The notes: a model not told the origin generated them from the letters alone. Numbered from the whole stretch's first letter, positions 38,416 to 51,272 are shown. The stretch: DNA of 63,241 nt, filler included, from Asterionella formosa (GCA_002256025.1; 27 parts of 27 records of this genome joined end to end with filler, not necessarily neighbours in it), one strand, 5' to 3'. Program-made: numbers and translations.

Positions 38416-40314
38416 ATGACGATGATACTGGCATTGATGTTGATATTAATCCTGATCCTGATGATGGCTTCGAATGTCCAGGCTGCCAAACTTAAAATTC
38501 TTCCAAAATTCTCACAAGACAGCAATAATGACAGTGACAATACGAACAGGAATCATCATGACTTCTTTCATCGACAGCAACATCATCAGCAGACGCTTCA
38601 GCAACAGGCTCAGAAACAACAGCACTCATCAATGCATGCTCCTGCAGGAAAGAATGGCACTACTACTCCCACGACCACAATGGAGCAAATCAAACAACAC
38701 TTTCGCAAGGATTTTTATCAAAAAATGAAAACACACTTTAGTCAGACTAGAATGGCATTTAGACCTCCAAAAGACGTTTGGGATGGACTTTGGAAAAGTA
38801 TGGAATCCATGTATGGTGGGTGCTATCAGGGAATGGCGGAAGTATGGACCACCTTTCAACACGGATGGGGAACAGAATCGGTTGGGATATCGGAATTCTT
38901 GACAGCTTCTCTACTGACTGGTCCTGTCAAGGGGGCCATGATTGCGATGGGTGGGGTCATTGCAGGCATGTACCAATTGGGATTGGGGATCAAGAATACA
39001 CCACAAGCATGGGCAGCATCGAGAGAGGGGAAGTTGTGGGATCATGACAAACATGAGTGGCTCGACTATAGTTTGGATCAAGACTATGAACAACTGAAGC
39101 GCATACGAAGAAACATGGAAATGATGCAAATGGGACATGATGGTTCGTATCATGACACCAGAACAAGCAGACAAGTACGACAACGCTCACGACGAAAGGT
39201 TCACGACAAGACATATTACAATATCCTCAAGGTATCCACGGATGCATCACCTGCAGAGATTAAACGAGCCTTTTATAGAGAAGCACTTCAAACTCATCCA
39301 GACAAGAATCCGGATTCCACATCAAGTACCAAATTTCAAGAAATATCATCGGCATATCAGATTTTAACCAACGAAAAGACGAGAGATGCATATGATCAAC
39401 AAGGCATGTGCTTTGTCAAGAAGAATGAAGCTCAGTTACTCAAGGTGGATGCATATAAGTTCTTTGCTGTCATGTTTGGGTCCACCCTCGTCGAACCCTA
39501 TGTTGGGGAGCTCAAAATTGCCTCACAAGTTGAGAAATTTCTCACCGTGAAGAAAGACGATGCTGATAGGAAGGAACCAATGGGACAAGTAGCAGATTCA
39601 TTCAAGCAACGAATGAGGGTATTAGAGATAGCATTGAATCTACGGAACAGAATAAATGATTATGTCAACTACATACAGCCAGAAGAAGCATTCCGAGCTT
39701 CAATAAAATTGGAGGCATTCGCCATTGCCAAAGGGGATTTCGGAGAAACCTTTCTAAAGGCCATTGGGAGCTCATTGAAACTAGGAGCAGAAAAATATCT
39801 TGGGAATCAGAAATTTGATGGCATATCTGCATCCGTGGAATCTCGCCGTCTAGGGTTGGTCGAACGGTGCAAGGTATCGTTTGTCGCAATCAGTCTCCTC
39901 TGGGAAAATCTCGCCGTTCTTTCCAATGCTGGAGGACCAGAAAAGCAACAGTGCTCAGACTCATCCAAAAATGGCCCTGAGACCTTGAAGTGGATGAAGA
40001 AGCTAGAGCAGTCAATACCGAAAGCACTCAAGCTTGTGAATCAAATGAATAGCATTGATATTCAAGAAACTGTTATGCAGGCTGTCGAAAAAGTAACTCA
40101 TGACCACGCTCCGGAGAGTACAAGACGTCGACGTGCTGAAGCGTTGAGGATCATTGGAAGCGAGTTTATTACGGTTGGTAAGGAGTCAGGGAGAAGTGAT
40201 CCCTGGGACGACATCCAGGATATCAAGAATCGAGCAGGAAGGGCATTGTTTGAAGCTGCTACAAAGGATGACGTCTTTGGCGAGGACGAATCCTTTGATG
40301 CAACGTTCATGTAA
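38416..40314 (+). CDS. DnaJ protein with HPD J-domain and C-terminal DnaJ-X-like region, N-terminal signal/anchor
   Basis: YYNILKV...EIKRAFYREALQTHPDKNP...FQEISSAYQIL; FFAVMFGS..VEPYVGEL and RRRRAEALRIIG motifs; hydrophobic N-terminus. Confidence 0.88.
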   Translation: MTMILALMLILILILMMASNVQAAKLKILPKFSQDSNNDSDNTNRNHHDFFHRQQHHQQTLQQQAQKQQHSSMHAPAGKNGTTTPTTTMEQIKQHFRKDFYQKMKTHFSQTRMAFRPPKDVWDGLWKSMESMYGGCYQGMAEVWTTFQHGWGTESVGISEFLTASLLTGPVKGAMIAMGGVIAGMYQLGLGIKNTPQAWAASREGKLWDHDKHEWLDYSLDQDYEQLKRIRRNMEMMQMGHDGSYHDTRTSRQVRQRSRRKVHDKTYYNILKVSTDASPAEIKRAFYREALQTHPDKNPDSTSSTKFQEISSAYQILTNEKTRDAYDQQGMCFVKKNEAQLLKVDAYKFFAVMFGSTLVEPYVGELKIASQVEKFLTVKKDDADRKEPMGQVADSFKQRMRVLEIALNLRNRINDYVNYIQPEEAFRASIKLEAFAIAKGDFGETFLKAIGSSLKLGAEKYLGNQKFDGISASVESRRLGLVERCKVSFVAISLLWENLAVLSNAGGPEKQQCSDSSKNGPETLKWMKKLEQSIPKALKLVNQMNSIDIQETVMQAVEKVTHDHAPESTRRRRAEALRIIGSEFITVGKESGRSDPWDDIQDIKNRAGRALFEAATKDDVFGEDESFDATFM

Positions 40315-40565
40315 CGTGTATAATATGAAATGTGGAAATTTTGGGGTTCTGTGCGGCCACTTCATACATATGCCTGTGCTGCTGTGTATTTATTACTTAC
40401 TATTATTAGATTAATAAATCATTCAACAGGAAAGGGAAGAAATGGACACAATTATAGATTACTATCAGTCAAGTTATATCCAGCAAACAATGCATCAAAA
40501 TCACAACATTATGATACAAGAAAGAAATAACGACTTGCATCCTAGACCATAACACATCAACAAAG

Positions 40566-41063
40566 TCAGAGGGACAAGCTGATGGCAGGTATGTAACAAG
40601 TCCATTTCCAATCCATCCCAAGATACCTGGCAATGTTCCGACCCCCCAATGGGAGTGCCATAAGTTCTGCCACCACTGGTTCCATTAAGCTTGCCATAGC
40701 AATGACAAGATTATCAAAGTCGTGCATGGCACAGATGTATCCCATACTCCCAAACAAATAATTACATACAATCACCATGACAATTTCCAAGCCCAATTGG
40801 TGGGGAGCTACATACATCAAACCAAATATTCAAGTGATTATTTCTCAAGACAGACTCCTTTCCCTCTTCGTCAGTAGTATAAATAGCAAGACAAAGCACA
40901 AACTGAGACTCAAGATGCAAAACGTGAATGCATAGAGTGACATAAATGGTCAAACCACATAGTGAGGAATTGTTGCACCTGTATTCCCCACAAGAAGAAG
41001 CAAAGTTGCTTCACTTTGATTGCTGTTGGTGCTGTCAACAACACTACCCCCATGATGATGATG

Positions 41064-41096
<33 letters not shown>

Positions 41097-41175
41097 GGTG
41101 GAGGTGGTGGGGTGGTGGTCCACATGATTCCAGCAATCATAATGATATGAGGAATGATGATACCAAGACACAAAG
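40566..41175 (-). pseudogene. Degraded DMT/EamA-like transporter fragment with (AAC)n microsatellite
   Basis: GSMGYICAMHDFDNLVIAMASLMEPVVAE resembles EamA C-terminal helices; broken frames. Confidence 0.5.
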
Positions 41176-42068
41176 NNNNNNNNNNNNNNNNNNNNNNNNN
41201 NNNNNNNNNNNNNNNNNNNTTAATTAATTAANNNNNNNNNNNNNNNNNNNNNNNNNNNNNNNNNNNNNNNNNNNNGAGGAAGGGAAGCCCTCCCTGGCTG
41301 CTCTCCTTTGACCAGAAGAAGATGAAGACATGGCCGAAATCTAAAAGCGATGACGATCGATTTATTGAGGAGGTTGATTGATATGTAACGATATGCATAT
41401 GTATATGCATACCTATTTTGGCAAGAGCAAGCCATTTTGAGTATGAGCAAGCAAGTCTTGAAATATTCCGGGAAATTCTATATAGTCGTCTCATTCATGT
41501 CTAAACATCTTTTTATATAATGCACTGTTATTTATAACTGTAAAAAATTTGGTCAACACAAACACAAATTTTGGGGTTATGGGTACAACGATTTGTGTTA
41601 TAATACACATGATATAATAATTTTTTATTATCAGAGCTCGCCCAGTATGCTCCACATGTGTTGCATTAGTCAATATTGTCAGTTTTTATGATATTTGATT
41701 CCACCAATTTCTACTGTGTCAGTGCCCGGTAATGAACTGCTTTTTGGGTACGCCAAGTACACCCACATTCAACCTTTGCCATACAGTCAAACATTTGTAA
41801 TTGCCGGGTGGTTTAAGCCTGTATTTGCTATACTACTAGGTAAACCTTCTTCTTCAAGTTTCATCGAAATTTTGGTTGAGCCACCCTGTCGGCAAATGCC
41901 TATAGAATTTTATTTCAATCCTTGCATATTTAAGCATAAACTTATTTTAGACAAATACCAACCAATCATTGACAATGAAACCATCAATGATGTTTGTAGT
42001 TTCGACATTATGAGATGCATGACATGCAGTCAGTATTATGTGATACTAGAATATAATTGATGTATATC

Positions 42069-42103
<35 letters not shown>

Positions 42104-42980
42104 CTACCTTTATGTAGGATGATGATGAATGTGTATCATAGTAGATTTTTCTTTTTTGGCAAGAGCAAACTATTTCTTGTATGAGAGGCGAGTCTTGAAA
42201 AAATCCTGGAAATTATATGTTGTCATTCATGAATATCCATATTTTTATATATGAGCTAACACAAATAGAATTTTATTTTTAAACGTTCTAACAAATCAAC
42301 CACAAAACAAGAACACCAACTAAAGAGAAAATCGCCACGTTCCNNNNNNNNNNNNNNNNNNNNNNNNNNNNNNNNNNNNNNNNNNNNTTAATTAATTAAN
42401 NNNNNNNNNNNNNNNNNNNNNNNNNNNNNNNNNNNNNNNNNNNCATGACATGGAAAATTCCTTGTGTGAATCGAGCATAGAATTCGCTGATTATTTTTAA
42501 GTCATGCGAAATTCTAGTCATGCGTTCTTCTGCGAAGTTCACCCACCGGGTACTTCTGAGAAGGTCGTATCCTTTTCTGAAACTCGCGTACTTCTTGAAA
42601 AGTACGCGCTACTATTCAAAGCGAATTTGAACGAATTTGAGCTCTGATAAGGCATTAAACATCCAGGGGGAATATGAACATTTGTTCCAATACACGGCAA
42701 GAAAGTATATCAATGGTAGTCTCACACAGAAAGAGTTCGAACGAAAATTCCTTTACAGACAGCAAAATGAGAAAGCCAAGATAGATATACGTTTTTCTGT
42801 GGTCTTTTGCGAACTTTTGCGAAACTCATGTTCTCTTGCGTACTTTTGCTCCTCTATGCCAACTTCGCGTTCTTTTGCCTTTGAGCGATTCAGAAAACGT
42901 GATACGAGGTCGATTTTAGATGAAACACAGATTTTGTACATGACTTCTCGTACTTCGGAATAACCGTCAACTGGTATATG

Positions 42981-43452
42981 ATAACTTGTTGTCGGACGAC
43001 TTATTTATGTGTCTCATTGAAATTGATATGTCCATACTTGTAACACTCTACATATATGAAAGGATAATTATGTACTACACCTTGCATATAGGTATTAGTA
43101 TCCGAATACACCTAATACAGTATGTCATACAATTGCTATACTGCTGCTATTTGCTTCAAAATTCTGCATGCAATAATTCATATTTGTTTGCTCGTCAACT
43201 CCCCGGAATACCTACATAAATGTATATTACCGGTTTATTATAACTTATTGTCAGACGACTTATTTATGTGTCTCATTGAAATTGATATGTCCATACTTGT
43301 AACACTCTACATATATGAAAGGATAATTATGTACTACACCTTGCATATAGGTATTAGTATCCGCATACACCTAATACAGTATGTCATACAATTGCTATAC
43401 TGCTGCTATTTGCTTCAAAATTCTGCATGCAATAATTCATATTTGTTTGCTC
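42981..43452. repeat. Tandem duplication, 259-bp period, about 1.8 copies
   Basis: ATAACTT(G/A)TTGTC(G/A)GACGACTTATTTATG at 42981 and 43240; near-identical to 43452. Confidence 0.9.
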
Positions 43453-43955
43453 AGCAGGTGCATACAATATTTCTGTTAAGTTCACAGGCGAGGGACGACC
43501 GACAGNNNNNNNNNNNNNNNNNNNNNNNNNNNNNNNNNNNNNNNNNNNNTTAATTAATTAANNNNNNNNNNNNNNNNNNNNNNNNNNNNNNNNNNNNNNN
43601 NNNNNGCATGCTGATTCTCCTTCCTCAGCAAGCCACCCTACCCTTGCTTCACACAGGAAGTGCAAGCATGAACACATGAGAATGGTTTTACAACAAGAAA
43701 CATAGCAGTTCTTTAGATGCGCAAGAACTAGGATCAAAATTTTGTTTTGAGAGTGCTGAAGAGTTAGCTGCATTCCAAATCAAGATGCACTAAATGCTTG
43801 TTTCTTGTTTGTTTACAGCAGGGATTTTCTGTAAAGCCAAATGGTGTATAATAGGAGGAAAGATTTCCCCCATTTTGTTTCATAAATTCTCTATCTTTCT
43901 ATAGAAGTGGCATGTTCGAGTGAAACGACATTTAGCGCCTCATCAGAAAACGCTA

Positions 43956-44567
43956 TTACCAATAAAAGTCACCATAATCATACAAAAGCTCCTCTCCCTT
44001 TTCAATATTCCGAGTGGCCACAAACCACAGCCTTGGTTCAACAATTTTTTCTCCATCCCAAATCTGCCTCGTGTTTCTTGTCTCAACATTGCACTCCCTG
44101 AGCTCAGTTGACGCATGATTCATGAATCGACACCAAGTACTTTTATCCGCATCTTCTCCATCAATATACAAATCATCTCCCATATCAAAAAGGTAGTCAC
44201 CACTAATACCCTGTGATCGTATTGTCCGACTTTTGATCCACCGTCGATCATTTGCAAGGATTTTACGTTTCTTCCAATATCTTGCTTCGACATCTTTTCT
44301 AGTGAGCAGCTCTCCTTCATACTCTCCTATCCATGCACCAGATAAAATAGCTGTACCCGCAAAGGCACCTAATCCTTTGCCATTTGTTTTGTCGCTGATG
44401 CTAATTCCTGACTCGGCTGCTGAACAATATGCAAAACTTGTCAATGGAAGGATAGGTCGCACATCTGCCATTGATTCTGACAAATGAAACAGGTAGCTGC
44501 ACACTACGGCACAGACGAAATGGATAGATTGAAAAGAAGCGTTTCGCGACATCGATTGGAGCATCAT
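43956..44567 (-). CDS. SET-domain lysine methyltransferase (203 aa) with hydrophobic N-terminus
   Basis: GKGLGAFA, IGEYEGE, RFMNHAS..CNV, IEKGEELLYDYG motifs. Confidence 0.9.
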   Translation of the reverse strand: MMLQSMSRNASFQSIHFVCAVVCSYLFHLSESMADVRPILPLTSFAYCSAAESGISISDKTNGKGLGAFAGTAILSGAWIGEYEGELLTRKDVEARYWKKRKILANDRRWIKSRTIRSQGISGDYLFDMGDDLYIDGEDADKSTWCRFMNHASTELRECNVETRNTRQIWDGEKIVEPRLWFVATRNIEKGEELLYDYGDFYW

Positions 44568-44767
44568 ATTATTGTGGGGAGTGAATGGTGTGGTTTGTTG
44601 ATGGATAAGAATAATTATAAATCATCGCACATCACGGATATACCGTTACCGGTAACTGTAGCTAATANNNNNNNNNNNNNNNNNNNNNNNNNNNNNNNNN
44701 NNNNNNNNNNNTTAATTAATTAANNNNNNNNNNNNNNNNNNNNNNNNNNNNNNNNNNNNNNNNNNNN

Positions 44768-44955
44768 TCCATATCTGAAAGACGGGTCCAATCGTCGCCA
44801 GCAGACCAAGAACGCGTTGATACGGACAGTTTCAACGTAAGGCGCTTGAAATTCATTGCTTTTTGTGCGATAGAAAACCCCTCGACACACATCAATTGAG
44901 CCGATAGAATCACGAGCGCTGCGTAAGTCGTATTCATTTGCCTTGTTTTGCTCAT
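44768..44955 (-). CDS. 5' end of a probable plastid-targeted protein, truncated by gap
   Basis: Signal peptide ending VEG-FS, Ser/Thr/Lys/Arg-rich transit-like segment, open into the gap. Confidence 0.45.
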
Positions 44956-46106
44956 GGCGACGAATTTTAAACAACGCAAAAAAAAGATTTTTATTGTTTT
45001 GCAGAGCAGAATTTGTAATGTCTGATGTGAACAACGATATTCGAGTGAACATGTTAAAAAGAACAACCTCATCTGAACTCAGTTGGATTCTACATACATC
45101 ATTCTCGTACAACGGTATGCCAAAAAGATATTAGCTAATTAGCACGACAGGCAGAGTTGATGGCCTGATGGCTGGAGGGTTCCCAAACTGATTTCAAGTG
45201 CGAACTCTGAAAATACCACCAGTGGCGATGATGAGTTGCACAACCATTTTACCGGACACTGAGGTCGGTGTGTTCCGTTTGTACCAGCCATCTACATACG
45301 ACAAATTCTACACACGAGTATATGGAGAAACGGAATCCAGAATCAGCTTGGATGTAATGCTTGATGTCGAAATCGAGCATCACATCATCAGCATATCACT
45401 CACACCGAGAGCGATAAGCTGGTATTGGACCTGGTACCTGGTACCACGATGATACATGTCTCACCAGTGTACATACGGCATGTACTAGTAGGTATATTTT
45501 GTGAGGGAGTATAAGGTAATGTACTGGAACTGTGTTTGGATTAAAAATGGAACAGCAATAATTCATTTGGACATTGTAACTGCATAAAATCATACGCTAT
45601 TCCTCTTAACTATTACCAGTGCTCTAGAATCCCATGGATAAATGCTTTTCCTCCTTGCAAAGGAGTAACATCAGCAATGTCAACAGTCTCCACTGAAGGA
45701 TGGTGGCATATATAATGCTGATTGTTACCATAATTTACAACCATTTTGTCTACTACTGCAGAGTATACTCTTGCCATCCAAGGATCGAGAAGCTCATCAT
45801 CACTGCTCATCCTCAAAACCTGTTAAAAANNNNNNNNNNNNNNNNNNNNNNNNNNNNNNNNNNNNNNNNNNNNTTAATTAATTAANNNNNNNNNNNNNNN
45901 NNNNNNNNNNNNNNNNNNNNNNNNNNNNNATTTCACTTGCTACCTTATCCATTGAATATAAAATTTGCAACCTCTAACTTTTCATGTACTAGTGACATAC
46001 AGGTGGCACATATTTCGATCCTGTCGAACTGTAGTACCGGTATGTGGACTGGGTCAGCGTCACGATGACACAGAAGTCTCAAGTGCCGCCCCCAATTTCC
46101 TCACAT

Positions 46107-46625
46107 TTACACTCCCTTTTCCTTCTGCTCCTCCTCGGCACTATCAACACTGCTTCCAATCCATTTGGCCACAATAGGTGTCAACAATACTGTTGGCGGA
46201 AATCGAATGGGAGATGCTGCCTTGTGTGCCGCATAAGCAATGGCAAAGGTTCCAGCGGTTTCCCCTGCAGACGACACGTTGTCAATTCCCACATTTCCCA
46301 ATAAGGCACTGACATCAATCCCAGAGTCTACCAAAACATAACAAAGACCAAAACTCATCAGGGCCAGTGGGATGCTAGTTGCCAAATAGGCAATTCCATA
46401 TTTCTTCAAGAGCGACTTGGCTGAATCACCTCCGTCGTCTTTTTGGATAGATTCCAACAACCCAACTTCCAACCCATATTTCTCAGTTGTTTTCGTCGAT
46501 GGGTCTTCTTTCTGCACCATGAACGTTTTCGTGGAGTGTCGAGTGGAGTATGCTTTTGTTGTTTGCCAAGCAGAGACACTGGCAAACATGGCAACGATTG
46601 CGAGAAGGAAACAATAAATCTTCAT
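46107..46625 (-). CDS. Plastid-targeted DUF1279/FAM210-like membrane protein (172 aa)
   Basis: Signal peptide ending VSA-W; LLKKYGIAYLATSI, GTFAIAYAAHKAASPIRFPPTVLLTP motifs. Confidence 0.85.
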   Translation of the reverse strand: MKIYCFLLAIVAMFASVSAWQTTKAYSTRHSTKTFMVQKEDPSTKTTEKYGLEVGLLESIQKDDGGDSAKSLLKKYGIAYLATSIPLALMSFGLCYVLVDSGIDVSALLGNVGIDNVSSAGETAGTFAIAYAAHKAASPIRFPPTVLLTPIVAKWIGSSVDSAEEEQKEKGV

Positions 46626-47091
46626 AATGGCCAGTACCAGTATAAGGATTGAGGCGCTGCACTGTCTTTGCTTTCTCGACGTCGAGAGTTCTATATATAT
46701 GGATAGTAAAATCAGACCTGTAGCAATGAGTGAGAATGTCAAGTTGGACGACACTTCAAACAGGTGCTTGTGAGGCCAACAACCACTGTGAACTCGTTAT
46801 GAATTTCAGGTATGATGTGTGATAGTGATGTTGGTGTCAGTGCCATCGATATTCTCAACTCCGTGTTTCGGACTGTTACACATTCATATGCTCTATTCGT
46901 ACTCGTATTAGTCTATGTACCGGTATGCCTTTTTTAACGATGATGACATGATGGTATCTTTTCTTCTTTCTCATCAATCGTCTGATCTGGCNNNNNNNNN
47001 NNNNNNNNNNNNNNNNNNNNNNNNNNNNNNNNNNNTTAATTAATTAANNNNNNNNNNNNNNNNNNNNNNNNNNNNNNNNNNNNNNNNNNNN

Positions 47092-48006
47092 TGATCGTAA
47101 TTTTCCTTTCCATATTTTTTACTAATGTTTCTGATTGTCAATTAAGAAACTTTCAAAGAATTTCGCTCTATGTCATTGAATGCGGTTCTACATGTTCACA
47201 CTGAACATCATATTTTTTTCTTTATTACCCTACACAGAAACTCAGCGTGTTCTCCGGTGGAGGATTTATATTGAAGAATATCTTCTCACTTTTCACAATA
47301 TGAAGGGTACTGATAATGTGAAATATTACAGATTCTATCTCTCGCCTCCCGAGGCTTGAGTCTTTGGTGGGGGATGATATTGGACCGAAATTTTCGGCAT
47401 CAACATCCATATCTACTTTCTCAATTGAAGTAGATGATGATTCTTTGTTTACCTGTTCCCTCAATCATCCAATTTTGGCAGACAATATTCAATATCCTCT
47501 GGAATATTACTCAATACATGATAGACCATTGCTGGATATACAATTGATTCTCAATCAAACAACTCATCTCATTCCCAATCAACAAACCAAACACATCTGT
47601 TAAATTTTCCCTCTATCAATTTTCATCATATACATTTAATGTATTTTGTGAAGAATCCAGGAGATACCTGACGTATTGTTATTCCTACATCACTATCGAA
47701 TCCTATGGTACAGTTACTTTTCAACAAACTATGCATACAACGGAACGAATTAATATCCATTACATCAAACCTTTTCAAAGGTAAAAGGTTTTCCCTTGGT
47801 GTGGGAGAGTGAGCGATCTTGCGCATCAATACAGATGTATATAGGGTTAGTGTTATATCATATATGTATAAGAACTCAATAATGAGAAAACTCGACTAAC
47901 CCTCATTGTATACTTTGGTGTCGACTTGGAGAACGAGTTACACACAAGGATTAACAAATAAGCTCATATATTCAACAAATACTACTACTTCTAGTTAGAT
48001 ACTTCA
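47092..48006 (+). mobile_element. 3' end of LTR retroelement: non-coding 3' region, PPT and 197-bp LTR (47810-48006)
   Basis: GGTGTGGGAGAG purine-rich tract then TGAG...TTCA LTR; upstream region shared with 57009-57441. Confidence 0.9.
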
Positions 48007-48058
48007 CAAGGTACCCGTAGGCACCATTAGCTTAATGTATACCGGTACATCCTCCGGA

Positions 48059-48149
48059 CCTGCAAGTTGCGGTCATTTTGCTTTAACTAACATTTAATCT
48101 ATGATAAAGAAAGCTAAAATTTTAGTTTCAGCAAAATTACCGCAACTTG
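48059..48149. mobile_element. Tiny MITE of the CCTGCAAGTTG TIR family
   Basis: CAAGTTGCGGTCATTTTGCT ... AGCAAAATTACCGCAACTTG inverted ends. Confidence 0.7.
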
Positions 48150-48253
48150 GTGCNNNNNNNNNNNNNNNNNNNNNNNNNNNNNNNNNNNNNNNNNNNNTTA
48201 ATTAATTAANNNNNNNNNNNNNNNNNNNNNNNNNNNNNNNNNNNNNNNNNNNN

Positions 48254-49315
48254 GTGAATTATACAACATGCTGAAGAAAGCATTGTATAAGGGGACTGCA
48301 CATCATATAATTGATGCAAATGGGCTCCAGAGTGGTCATGATGCCTGGACTGGATTAAAGATGTGGTATGGAAAAGCTGAAGTATCAAGGACCCTTATTG
48401 ATCACTACAGGAATCAACTCAATGAGTTACGACTGTCCAATAAGGTGAAAGCAAACGAGTACATAAACACGTTCATTCTCTGCAGTCGAAAGTTGGAAGA
48501 TAAACATGAAGGCTACACTGAAGCAACAAAACGGACTAAATTCCTTGATCAAATTGAGGATGAAGACTATGATGTTTGCGTTCAGAACCTTCGTGGTGAC
48601 ACCAACAAGACTTTTGATGAGTGTGTTCAACGTATTCGGAGCAGAGAACAGGAATTGGAAAGATTCTCACGAGAGAGTTCCACCAAGGCAAGGCGTGCAA
48701 CAACTTTTACAAGTAAAGGTGGAGCCACACCTAAATCATCTAAAGACAACCAAATTCCTTTCCTCCCCACACACCTACTCAATACAATTAAATCCAATTC
48801 TATCAAGAAAGATCTATTTAAGTGGAGAAGTGTCTGGAATAATGAAGGAAGGGCAATTCGTGTTGACGAGTTGACTGGCGCCAATGGAGATGCCAAGAAA
48901 GACGACAACTCAGTCGAATCTGACGAGGGATGCCACTCCAAGAACAAGCCAAAGACAAGAAAGCGCAAGAAGAAGGCTAGAAGGACAAAGACCTCAGCTT
49001 CTGGATTATGCGATACGGCTACACCTCATGTAAAAATCAAGGACTCTGATGACAAAGACAGTGAGGATGATGGAGATGATAGTGACCAGGAAAGAAATCC
49101 TACAACAAGTACCCAAAGGAAGAAATCTAAGAAGGAGACTCCCAGGAAAAAGAAAAAGGGACGTCGCAACCCAGTACTCCGACGTGGACGCATTTCGGGG
49201 GAAGCAGCAAGGGTTGTGCTTGATGGAGGAACTGAATTTGAGGTCATTGGCGGAGTCGGATGGAGAGTTCTGGAAAAAGTGAGCAAGAGCGCAAAACTGC
49301 ATGGTTGGGGGGCCA
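48254..49315 (+). mobile_element. Ty1/copia (CoDi-like) gag-protease fragment, open frame
   Basis: SGHDAWTGLKMWYG, KRTKFLDQIEDEDY gag-like motifs, VVLDGGTEFEVIGG protease-like motif. Confidence 0.7.
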
Positions 49316-49415
49316 NNNNNNNNNNNNNNNNNNNNNNNNNNNNNNNNNNNNNNNNNNNNTTAATTAATTAANNNNNNNNNNNNNNNNNNNNNNNNNNNNN
49401 NNNNNNNNNNNNNNN

Positions 49416-50477
49416 TTCATGTCAGGGTGCACGGCAAAAGCCGCATCCACCCACGACCTCATCTTGCCCATGTCGTCGGCTCCAATGGTGTATTCCACAT
49501 CCATACTTCCATTTATGTATTCCAACACCCGTCGTAGCTTTTGCTGATCTTGTTTGGTGCTTTTTGATACCCTGGTGCATAGGAAACTGACCGCCAGTAG
49601 CAAATCCGCTCTTGCCCTGATCGAAACGTAAAGCAGTTTCGCCACTACACTATGGAAAATCTCGGCTTCGTTCTGGCTCAAAAAGGAGACTCCTCATCCA
49701 CTTCAAATAAACACTTCTGGGCTGGCGTGGCCACTTCCCGTGTGATTTCCATCCCTGACTCGCTCAATGCTTCCTTAAGATATTCCTTCATAGTAATGAC
49801 AGCTGTGCCCTTGCCTGTGTATTGTATGTGCATACCCAGGAAAATGTGCTCTGTTCCTCTGGTGACAGTCATTTTGTCAAAACGCCCCTCGATTTTTTCG
49901 ATAATTGATGTCATGACGTCCGGGTCCACATGCGAAATCTTGTTGTCGTCTACATACCACGCAATCGTGCACTGCTTCCCGTTGATTTTGCAGTTAGCAA
50001 TGCAAGAGTCGTAAGGGTTTAACACAAAACCCATCTCTTTTAGGGTGTTGTGGAATAAATCATACCATAGTAGGGCAGATTTGACGCACCCATAGATCGC
50101 TTTCACTAGCCTGACGTACAACACCTTGTTTCCTTTCTCGTTGGACACAAAATTCGTGTGCTCTGGGTTCATGTTGCATAATATATCGACTGATTCACCA
50201 GTGAATTTCATGACAACGAAATCATCCATATCTGCTTTCAAATACGCACCCGCCACATCTGCTGTGGCGACATCTCTTCCTTCATGTGCATCAATCATGA
50301 TGGACAACATGAGTGCATCGGTGGATACTGTTGGAGATGCCGTCTGCGACTTGTCATAAAGTGATCGCTGCGGTCTCCCGTCGGCTACTGTACGCCCCTT
50401 GAGGCGCCCGTCTCTCTTCTCTTTGATGAGATTGATGGCTCGGAGCGCTCCCGTCCTCTGTTCCCTGGTAAGGGAGT
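49416..50477 (-). mobile_element. Ty1/copia reverse transcriptase / RNase H fragment with one frameshift (~49680)
   Basis: LKGRTVADG, SPTVSTD, ADVAGAYL, KAIYGCVKSALLWY, YVDDNKISH, WVDAAFAVHPDM. Confidence 0.93.
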
Positions 50478-50577
50478 NNNNNNNNNNNNNNNNNNNNNNN
50501 NNNNNNNNNNNNNNNNNNNNNTTAATTAATTAANNNNNNNNNNNNNNNNNNNNNNNNNNNNNNNNNNNNNNNNNNNN

Positions 50578-51100
50578 GAGCGACAAGAGCACTTACGCAA
50601 TTTGGTTTTGTTTTGTTTTACATTGGTGCTCCCCAACAAGCGAAACGAGCTGTTGAATCAACTGAGAAAAAAGGAAATGTGCGTTTAGTTAACAATTTGT
50701 TGTTGTCCTGCCTGCCTGCCTCCCAACGATTGTCATCCAAGTACCACATTGATGGCTTCATTACCTTAAACATTCTCCATCCTTCGAAGGCCCAATGTAT
50801 CGAAGTCACAATGTTTTTCGTAATGTATTGCGAAAACTTTCTTTTCTTGTCATGTGCTTTACTACGACGTATCTTTTCATGAAGCAGCAGGCATTGTTTG
50901 TTAACATGACAAAACGATTTCAAAAATATATATGCCATGTATATAGTAATAAAATTTGTATATATATATATATATGAAGCGTTGTACATTTATAAAATTC
51001 AAATGCGCTCTCGATATGGAACATCTCATATGATTGAGATGATCATACTCGCATATAAATAATTCGAAAATACTCAATGCACTATATGTCCATTGTTTTC
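50578..51100 (+). repeat. Unclassified dispersed repeat, copy B
   Basis: Reverse-complement match to 52900-53430; direct match to 18059-18213. Confidence 0.85.
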
Positions 51101-51272
51101 CACGACTACGTGTACCGTGTAAGTCATAACCGCCAGGGTTATGGTGGCAAATTGTTTAAGCCCCCTTTTTGATTGGGAGCTCTTCATGTGTACCGGTACA
51201 TCATATGACAATAACAATATATCATATATATATACAGAGTACCAGTAGCAGGTAGTAAGTGATATACTGGGG

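Noticed and set aside
41276..41380. Short frame ending FIEEVD-stop (Hsp70/90-like tail)
   Set aside because: Only ~34 codons at a contig edge; preceding residues do not resemble Hsp70/90
50618..50989. ORF repeated at 53065-53310 as a conserved gene
   Set aside because: Lies in a dispersed repeat and its frame is not preserved at the ends between copies
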